From: Oceanispirochaeta sp.
GTDB taxonomy: Bacteria > Spirochaetota > Spirochaetia > DSM-2461
DNA length: 64,000 nt
NCBI GenBank assembly: GCA_963663385.2
Contig: CAXXXD010000004.1
Location: 64,001-128,000, forward strand
Direction: 5' to 3'
In this document: positions 57,719-64,000 of the stretch, one piece after another
How positions within the stretch are numbered: position 1 is the first letter of the stretch
How the letters are laid out: every line of letters begins with the position of its first letter
The notes under the pieces: generated by a model
What the model was told of the DNA's origin: nothing
What the model saw: the letters and a program-made list of their open reading frames with translations, nothing else
Databases searched by the model: none
Translations under genes and position numbers: made by a program

Positions 57719-58609
57719 ATGGTACGGTTAATGGAAAAGAAAAACAGGCGCCTATTGACTGCAGGGCTGCTACTTATAAGCCCCTGGCTTCTAAATATGC
57801 TGGTTATGATCGTTTACCCCATGGGATTTAATTTCTACGCCGGGTTTACCATGTTCAGCGGATTGAAACCGCCGGTCTGGATCGGATTTGATAATTATTC
57901 CATGATCTTCGAAGATAAGCTCTATTGGCACTCTCTGTACAATACCCTGTACTTTACCCTGTTAGCCGTACCCATCGGCGTTGTAACAGCCATGCTTCTG
58001 GCTCTGGCCATGAACCAGAAGTTCAAGGAAATCCCGGTTTATCGGGCTATCCTGGCTCTGCCTTCGGTACTGCCGATTTTTGCCATTTCCCTTGTTTTCA
58101 TGTGGGTGATGAATCCCCGTTATGGTGTGATAAATATCATCCTGGGGCTTCTGGGAATCCATATTGACTGGCTGGGAGATCCGGCATGGTCCAAGTTCTC
58201 CCTGGTAATGATGGCACAGCTGGGGGCAGGACAGTACGGATTGATTTTTCTGGCTTCCATGCAGGGAATAGACCCGTCTCTCTATGATGCGGCATCCATA
58301 GACGGAGCCAACTCATTTCAAAGATTCTTCAGGGTTACCCTGCCGTTGATGACACCCATTATTCTCTATGATTTGATTGTTGGGATTGGAGGCGGACTTC
58401 AGGTCTTTACCCAGGCGTACATTATGACTGAAGGCGGTCCGGCAAATTCCACTATGTTCAATGCCCTGTATATTTACAATAATGCTTTTAAATACGGAAA
58501 TTCCGTAGGATATGCATCGGCTATGTCCAATCTGCTTTTCCTGATCAATATCGTTTTAGCTATCATAATTTTCAGAACATCCCGCTACTGGGTTTACGAA
58601 GGGGAGTAA
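57719..58609 (+). CDS. Carbohydrate ABC transporter permease (MalF type)
   Basis: IFLASMQGIDPSLYDAASIDGA, TEGGPANST, GYASAM. Confidence 0.94.
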   Translation: MVRLMEKKNRRLLTAGLLLISPWLLNMLVMIVYPMGFNFYAGFTMFSGLKPPVWIGFDNYSMIFEDKLYWHSLYNTLYFTLLAVPIGVVTAMLLALAMNQKFKEIPVYRAILALPSVLPIFAISLVFMWVMNPRYGVINIILGLLGIHIDWLGDPAWSKFSLVMMAQLGAGQYGLIFLASMQGIDPSLYDAASIDGANSFQRFFRVTLPLMTPIILYDLIVGIGGGLQVFTQAYIMTEGGPANSTMFNALYIYNNAFKYGNSVGYASAMSNLLFLINIVLAIIIFRTSRYWVYEGE

Positions 58610-58612
58610 GCT

Positions 58613-59464
58613 GTGACAACCATTAATAAAAGACAACTGACGAGATTTGTATCCCGGTTCTTTCTCATGCTTATCTGTATCTGTTTCATTCTGCCACTGT
58701 ACTGGATGATCATCTCTGCACTGAAAAGTCCCGAGGAACTGGTGCAGTTTCCGCCGACACTGGTTGTGAAGAATCCGGTCTGGTTCAACTACATTGAGGC
58801 CGTGAGGTTTATCCCCTTTTTCCGGTATTTCTGGAATACAACACTCATAGCCCTGCTGACCTGCACAGGTGCCATTGTATCCAACTATGTAGTCGCCTAC
58901 GGTTTCTCCCGGATCAAGTGGCCCGGACGGGATCAGGTTTTTTATACGGTGCTGATCTCCATTTTTATTTTCATCTCATTCCCGGTCAATATCATGACCA
59001 TGCTGCCTCTGTTCAAACTGTTTGCCCGAATGGGGTGGGTGAATTCCTATCTGCCCCTTATACTGCCGGCTTTTTTCGGCAACCCCTTTTTCATTTTTCT
59101 GATGAGACAGTTCCTCTCCCAGATTCCCCACTCCATTTCGGAGGCGGCGACCATAGACGGAGCCGGGGTTGTCACAACCATGGTGAGGATTATACTGCCC
59201 CTGGCCAAACCTGCTCTCGGTGTTACGGCAATTCTGACCCTGGTCGGTTCCTGGAACGACTTTATGGGACCACTCATATACCTTCATGATGAAGTGAAAT
59301 ATACCCTCTCCATCGGACTGACCCAGTATACCACCGCCCATGATGTGGAGTGGAATCTTCTGATGGCGGCTTCCGCCCTGGTCATCCTGCCGGAGATTCT
59401 CATCTTTCTATTCTTCCAGCGTTATTTTATCGAAGGGATCAACCTCGGCAGTGTAAAAAGCTGA
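58613..59464 (+). CDS. Carbohydrate ABC transporter permease (MalG type)
   Basis: IFLMRQF..IPHSISEAATIDGA, WNDFMGPLIY, QRYFIEGI; GTG start. Confidence 0.94.
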   Translation: MTTINKRQLTRFVSRFFLMLICICFILPLYWMIISALKSPEELVQFPPTLVVKNPVWFNYIEAVRFIPFFRYFWNTTLIALLTCTGAIVSNYVVAYGFSRIKWPGRDQVFYTVLISIFIFISFPVNIMTMLPLFKLFARMGWVNSYLPLILPAFFGNPFFIFLMRQFLSQIPHSISEAATIDGAGVVTTMVRIILPLAKPALGVTAILTLVGSWNDFMGPLIYLHDEVKYTLSIGLTQYTTAHDVEWNLLMAASALVILPEILIFLFFQRYFIEGINLGSVKS

Positions 59465-59490
59465 AAAGCAATCCCAAAGGAGTACGTATA

Positions 59491-62484
59491 ATGCCTCAGA
59501 AAATTACAGAAAGCCGTATGGAACGGCTGATAAAAGAGCTCTACGACCGCCGATACAGCGATGCGGTTCCCCTGGAAGTTACTGTCACGACTTCCGGAGA
59601 CCCTATTCCAGTGGACGAACTGGCCCATCGGGAGTTCAGGTCTCTCAAGCTGAATGAATCCTGGGGTCAGCTCTGGGACAGTGCCTGGTTCCGTATGAAA
59701 GGACGGATCCCCTCCTCCTGGGACGGGAAGGAGTTTGTGGCTCTGGTGGATATCGGAGGGGAGGGGTGTGTTTTCAAAGACGGTTCTCCCTGGTGCGGCA
59801 TTACCTATAAGAGAACTGATACCATGTTTGAACGGAAGAGACGGATCCCCCTTGAGGAACGTCCCGGTAAAGAGGTTCAACTGCTGATAGAGGGGGCCGC
59901 CAATGGACTGTTCGGCGAAAATGCCCCCTGGAATACGCCCTGGCCCTATTTCAGGCTGAATCAGGCACAGATTGCGGTGTTTAACAGGGATGTATGGAAT
60001 CTGGCCCTTGATCTGGATTTTCTCCTTCAGCTTTACCGCTGCCTGGATCCCCGGACTCCCAGGGCTAAAAAAATTCTAAAGGGGATGAACGATGTTGCCA
60101 ATCTGAATCCCCTGACAGAGCATATTCCCGAAGCTCTCGACATGACCGGCTCACTAATCAAGGTCCCCTCTGCCGCATCGGAGCTGACAGCCTGGTCTGT
60201 TGGGCACGGTCATCTGGATCTGGGCTGGCTCTGGCGTTTCAGGGAAACCAGGCGGAAAGGCGGCCGGACCCTGTCCACCGCTCTCAGATTGATGGATGAG
60301 TACCCCGATTATGTTTTCGGAGCTTCCCAGCCCCAGTTGTTCGAGTGGATAAAAGAGGATTATCCAGAGTTATTCAACCGGATGAAAACAGCTGTATCAG
60401 ACGGGCGGCTGGAGTGTCAGGGGGGTATGTGGGTGGAACCCGATATGAATCTGACCGGCGGGGAATCCCTGGTAAGACAGTGTCTCTACGGGAAAAAATT
60501 CTTCAGAGATGAATTTGATAAAGAAATCAACCACCTCTGGCTGCCCGATGTGTTCGGGTACTCGGCCTCCCTGCCCCAGATTCTGAAACAGGCGGAGATG
60601 GAGTATTTTGTTACTCAGAAAATATCCTGGAACGAAACCAATGAATTTCCCCATCATAGTTTTGAATGGGTGGGGATTGACGGAAGTTCCGTAATTACCC
60701 ATTTTCTGCCCACCAACGATTACAATTTTAATAACGAGCCCCGGCAGCTGACGGATGCGGCCCTTCGTTTTGCCCAGAGTGATATCCATGAAGGGTTTCT
60801 GAACCTGTTCGGAGTAGGGGACGGGGGCGGAGGCCCTTCCAGGCAGCATCTGGAATTTGCCCGGAGGGCGCGGAATTGTGAAGGACTGCCCAGGGTCCGG
60901 TTGGGCGCCGCCGGAGATTTCCTGGAGTATCTGGGATCTCAGGACAGGGAAGCTCTTCCCCGCTGGAAAGGAGAACTCTATCTGGAGCTCCACCGGGGGA
61001 CCTATACGACTCAGGCGGAAATGAAGAAACTGAACCGGCAGGTTGAACAGGCCCTGCGGGATGTCGAGCTTTTTGGCAGCCTGAGCCTGATCACAGGCGG
61101 AAAGGGCCTTTCCCGAAAGAGCATGGATAGAATATGGAAGGAAACTCTGCTTCATCAGTTTCATGATGTTCTGCCGGGCTCCTCCATCCGGGAGGTCTAT
61201 GAGGATGCCTGCGGAGCCGCCCGTAAAACCCTGGTTGAGCTGCAGGAAATGGAAGAGGCGCTGTTGAAAGAACTTCTGCCGGTTGAAGAGGCGGGCTGTA
61301 CGACACTGGTCAATACCCAGTCCTGGGAGCGGAAGGAAATTGTGGCAATTGAGGGAGTCGAGCATGCCGTATGCATCCCCGCTATGAGCGCAGTCCTATT
61401 AACAGAGTGTGTTATTCAGAATCAGCCGGAAAAGCCTGCCGGCCGGGATGGAGAGTCGGGTATCCTGCTGGCTAATGATCGGATTCAGGTCCGTATCGGT
61501 CTGGATGGTGCTGTTGAGTCCCTCATTCATAAAGAGACGGGGGCAGAGATGTTTCAGCCCGGAGGCGCAAAGTTTCTTCTTTATGAGGACAAGCCCTATT
61601 CCTGGGATGCCTGGGACATCAGCTCCTATTACAGGGAGACTGTTCCGGAACAGGCCGTTCTTGTTAGTCAATGCCTGAAGGACGGGGGAGATTTTTCAGT
61701 ACAGCTTGAACAGGAATTCTCTCTGTCGGACAGCCGGATATTTCAGACCCTTGAACTGAGGGCGGGAGAAGAGATGGTACGCAGCCGCTGCCGGGTAGAC
61801 TGGAAAGAGAAGGAAAAGATGCTTCGTCTGAGTGTTTCACCTGCTCTGCAGGCAGCCGAGGGATCCTATGAGATCCAGTACGGAACGGTCAAACGGCCGA
61901 CTCACTCCAATACAAGCTGGGATGCTGCGAAGTTTGAAGTCTGCGGGCATCGTTTTGCCGATTTATCCCAGCCCGATAGGGGGCTCGCCCTGATTAATGA
62001 CTGCAAGTACGGTCACCGCATACAGGACGGTGTGATGGAACTGACCCTTTTAAGGAGTCCGGGTTATCCCGATCCGCAGGCGGACAGGGGTGAGCAGATC
62101 TTCTCTTACGCCTGGCTGCCCCATACGGGTACCCTCGAGCAGAGCCGGGTCCTGCAGCGGGCTCATGATTTCAATTCACCCCTCAAGGTTGTCCCGGGAC
62201 GGAAACCGGAGGCGAAAGGGGTCCCCCGTTTCACCCTTGATACGGAACAGGTAAAGATCGAGGTGATAAAACCGGGCGATTCGGGTAACGGGTTGACCCT
62301 CAGGCTTTATGAGACCCGGGGGGCCGACTGCAGCTGCCGGTTTTTCTCCTCTGTCAAAACAGATACCGCAGCGGAGCTGAATCTGTTGGAGCGGAAAACC
62401 GGAGAACTGCCCATGGACCGGGAGGGGACCCTGAATCTGAAGTTCCGGCCTTTTGAGATAAAGACGATCGGATTGCGCTATTAA
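59491..62484 (+). CDS. Alpha-mannosidase (GH38)
   Basis: AAGGAG before ATG 59491; GHGHLDLGWLW, GGMWVEPD, WLPDVFGY (nucleophile), GDGGGGP, GELYLELHRGTYT, QFHDVLPGS. Confidence 0.93.
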   Translation: MPQKITESRMERLIKELYDRRYSDAVPLEVTVTTSGDPIPVDELAHREFRSLKLNESWGQLWDSAWFRMKGRIPSSWDGKEFVALVDIGGEGCVFKDGSPWCGITYKRTDTMFERKRRIPLEERPGKEVQLLIEGAANGLFGENAPWNTPWPYFRLNQAQIAVFNRDVWNLALDLDFLLQLYRCLDPRTPRAKKILKGMNDVANLNPLTEHIPEALDMTGSLIKVPSAASELTAWSVGHGHLDLGWLWRFRETRRKGGRTLSTALRLMDEYPDYVFGASQPQLFEWIKEDYPELFNRMKTAVSDGRLECQGGMWVEPDMNLTGGESLVRQCLYGKKFFRDEFDKEINHLWLPDVFGYSASLPQILKQAEMEYFVTQKISWNETNEFPHHSFEWVGIDGSSVITHFLPTNDYNFNNEPRQLTDAALRFAQSDIHEGFLNLFGVGDGGGGPSRQHLEFARRARNCEGLPRVRLGAAGDFLEYLGSQDREALPRWKGELYLELHRGTYTTQAEMKKLNRQVEQALRDVELFGSLSLITGGKGLSRKSMDRIWKETLLHQFHDVLPGSSIREVYEDACGAARKTLVELQEMEEALLKELLPVEEAGCTTLVNTQSWERKEIVAIEGVEHAVCIPAMSAVLLTECVIQNQPEKPAGRDGESGILLANDRIQVRIGLDGAVESLIHKETGAEMFQPGGAKFLLYEDKPYSWDAWDISSYYRETVPEQAVLVSQCLKDGGDFSVQLEQEFSLSDSRIFQTLELRAGEEMVRSRCRVDWKEKEKMLRLSVSPALQAAEGSYEIQYGTVKRPTHSNTSWDAAKFEVCGHRFADLSQPDRGLALINDCKYGHRIQDGVMELTLLRSPGYPDPQADRGEQIFSYAWLPHTGTLEQSRVLQRAHDFNSPLKVVPGRKPEAKGVPRFTLDTEQVKIEVIKPGDSGNGLTLRLYETRGADCSCRFFSSVKTDTAAELNLLERKTGELPMDREGTLNLKFRPFEIKTIGLRY

Positions 62485-62703
62485 AGGTTCCTGATCAATT
62501 ACCTGTTTCCCATAGGACTGCGAAGTATCAGCAGTCCTTTGGGAGGCGTTTTCAGGAAGAGAGCCTTTCTCTCCATAACAGGGTATAAGAACCCATGCCA
62601 TTTCCAGCGGATCCGTATTATACGCCGAAGGGATAAACCACTCCCCTGCTATTTCTTTTTGATACGTCCGGATCTTCCGGTTATGCTTAAGGAAGGGGGT
62701 TCC

Positions 62704-62871
62704 GTGAGAGGTGATGACCTCATAGCCGCAATCGTACTTGTCGCGGCCTATTCAGTGACCTGGATTCTCTTTTTCAGGTCCCTTAAAGTCATCAGGATTA
62801 TTCAGAAAGAAAAACTGACCAGCCTGGATCAAATCAAAGAACGCCTCCTGAAAAGGAAGAAACCCAAATGA
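62704..62871 (+). CDS. Small single-TM protein translationally coupled to the APC permease
   Basis: GTG 62704 after AAGGGGG; MRGDDLIAAIVLVAAYSVTWILFF then a basic tail; its stop overlaps the next ATG (ATGA). Confidence 0.5.
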   Translation: MRGDDLIAAIVLVAAYSVTWILFFRSLKVIRIIQKEKLTSLDQIKERLLKRKKPK

Positions 62872-64000
62872 ACCGGGAAATACGACCGGAACTGTCCCGG
62901 GAGATGTCCCTTTTCCAGATTACAATGATGGGCGTGGGGATGATGATCGGAGCAGGTGTATTTGTCGCAACGGGAATAGGCATCGGAATAGCCGGTCCCG
63001 GGGGGATGATGCTCGCCTTTGCATTAAATGGGCTGCTGGCTTTACTCTCTGTTATGACATATGCGGAGCTCGGATCCGCTCTACCCAAAGCAGGCGGGGG
63101 ATACAGCTATGTCCAGGAAAGTTCCGGAGGGCTGACGGGATTCCTTACCGGCTGGATCTCCTGGTTCGGCCACGCCGTTGCGGGGAGCCTTTATGCCATA
63201 ACCTTTGCCAAATACACTCTCCACTTTCTGATTGAGCTGAATGTCATCACTATCGCAAAGAGCCATTTAGACCTCTATGAAAGAACCGTCGCCATACTGC
63301 TTGCCCTGATTTTTCTTTATATCAATTACAGAGGGGCCAGAGAAACCGGAAAGGCAGGCGCTGCAATCGCCATTGGTCAGACTGTCGTCCTGCTGCTCAT
63401 CGGTGTCGGAGGAGTCATCTTCTCTTTTTTCAGACCCGATAGGTTGTCAAATATGGATCCCTTTCTCATTGACGGATGGGGAAGGGTATTTATTGTTATG
63501 GGTTTCAGCCTGATCGGTTTCGAAGGATATGAAGTAATTTCCAATACGGCAGAGGAAGTGATTGATGCCCGGAAAAATGTCCCGAAGGGAATCTTTCTGG
63601 CCGTTATCATTGTCGTGACCACATACCTTTTAGTGGCATTTGCTGTTATTATGGGAGGATCAGTACAGGATGACTCTCTTGCCCTCTGGTTCTCAGGCAG
63701 AGGCGCAACCGGGTTTGCCGATGCCATAGCCAATATCCTGCCCATGGGCGGATTAGTGGCTGCTCTGGCGGCCATCTTTGCCAGTACTTCTGCCTTGAAT
63801 GCAACAATCTATTCTTCAACCCGTGTCTCATTCGCCCTGGGACGGGACGGCCACCTGCCTTCAGTTTTTGAACATATCTCCGAAAAGACGCGCATTCCCG
63901 ATGTCGCTCTTCTTTTTTCCGGTAGTATAACCATTCTGGTTGCAGCCCTTTTTGATGTGGAAACCGTTATGGCTGGAGCCAGTCTCTTTTTTATTTTCCT
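62868..64000 (+). CDS. Amino acid permease (APC superfamily), 3'-truncated by window edge
   Basis: MNREIRPELSREMSLFQITMMGVGMMIGAGVFV..AGPG..YAELGSALPKAGGGYSY..GFEGYE; absent from the ORF track because it has no stop inside the window. Confidence 0.92.
   Translation, partial: MNREIRPELSREMSLFQITMMGVGMMIGAGVFVATGIGIGIAGPGGMMLAFALNGLLALLSVMTYAELGSALPKAGGGYSYVQESSGGLTGFLTGWISWFGHAVAGSLYAITFAKYTLHFLIELNVITIAKSHLDLYERTVAILLALIFLYINYRGARETGKAGAAIAIGQTVVLLLIGVGGVIFSFFRPDRLSNMDPFLIDGWGRVFIVMGFSLIGFEGYEVISNTAEEVIDARKNVPKGIFLAVIIVVTTYLLVAFAVIMGGSVQDDSLALWFSGRGATGFADAIANILPMGGLVAALAAIFASTSALNATIYSSTRVSFALGRDGHLPSVFEHISEKTRIPDVALLFSGSITILVAALFDVETVMAGASLFFIF

Noticed and set aside
59350..59490. 47-aa N-terminal extension of GH38
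   Set aside because: It overlaps the upstream permease; the RBS supports ATG 59491.
60397..61365. 322-aa minus-strand ORF
   Set aside because: It is the antisense shadow of the GH38 gene in GC-rich sequence.
62485..62700. Possible gene remnant on the minus strand (GEWFIPSAYNTDPLEMAWVLIP...)
   Set aside because: It looks protein-like, but I cannot assign a family; blastx is needed.
1..64000. CRISPR arrays, rRNA/tRNA genes, transposases, integrases, prophage or defence genes
   Set aside because: I saw no regularly spaced repeats, RNA-gene signatures or matching protein motifs; short RNA genes could be missed by eye.

Overview
Bacterial chromosomal segment, most likely from a free-living anaerobic spirochaete (Spirochaetaceae-like). 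This is inferred from spirochaete-style F/Y-A-x-G-x-Q-E/D N-termini on the sugar-binding proteins and from the MCP architecture. Sugar uptake and catabolism dominate the window. It holds a CUT2 sugar ABC operon, two paralogous GH29 fucosidase/ABC/large-AraC loci, a GH38 mannosidase/ABC locus with a NarL-type two-component system, and an AT-richer LacI-controlled block (GH4, DUF4432, enolase-superfamily enzyme, TRAP, DUF4867, ABC, RidA, MalY/PatB). The most unusual elements are: (1) a soluble histidine kinase whose sensor module is a sugar-ABC-type nucleotide-binding domain plus PAS, encoded with an NtrC-type regulator directly behind a sugar ABC permease; (2) a complete four-gene chaperone-usher-type pilus operon with a Cys-free major pilin and a tip gene that appears to start at CTG; (3) two URO-D/MtaA-fold genes bracketing a fucosidase locus; (4) a tandem hemerythrin-MCP and CZB-MCP pair; (5) a structured leader upstream of a DUF1611-like/GNAT pair. 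Three decayed genes were recognised by eye, two of them absent from the ORF track. I saw no rRNA, tRNA, CRISPR array, transposase or integrase. All product calls come from motif recognition, not database searches.
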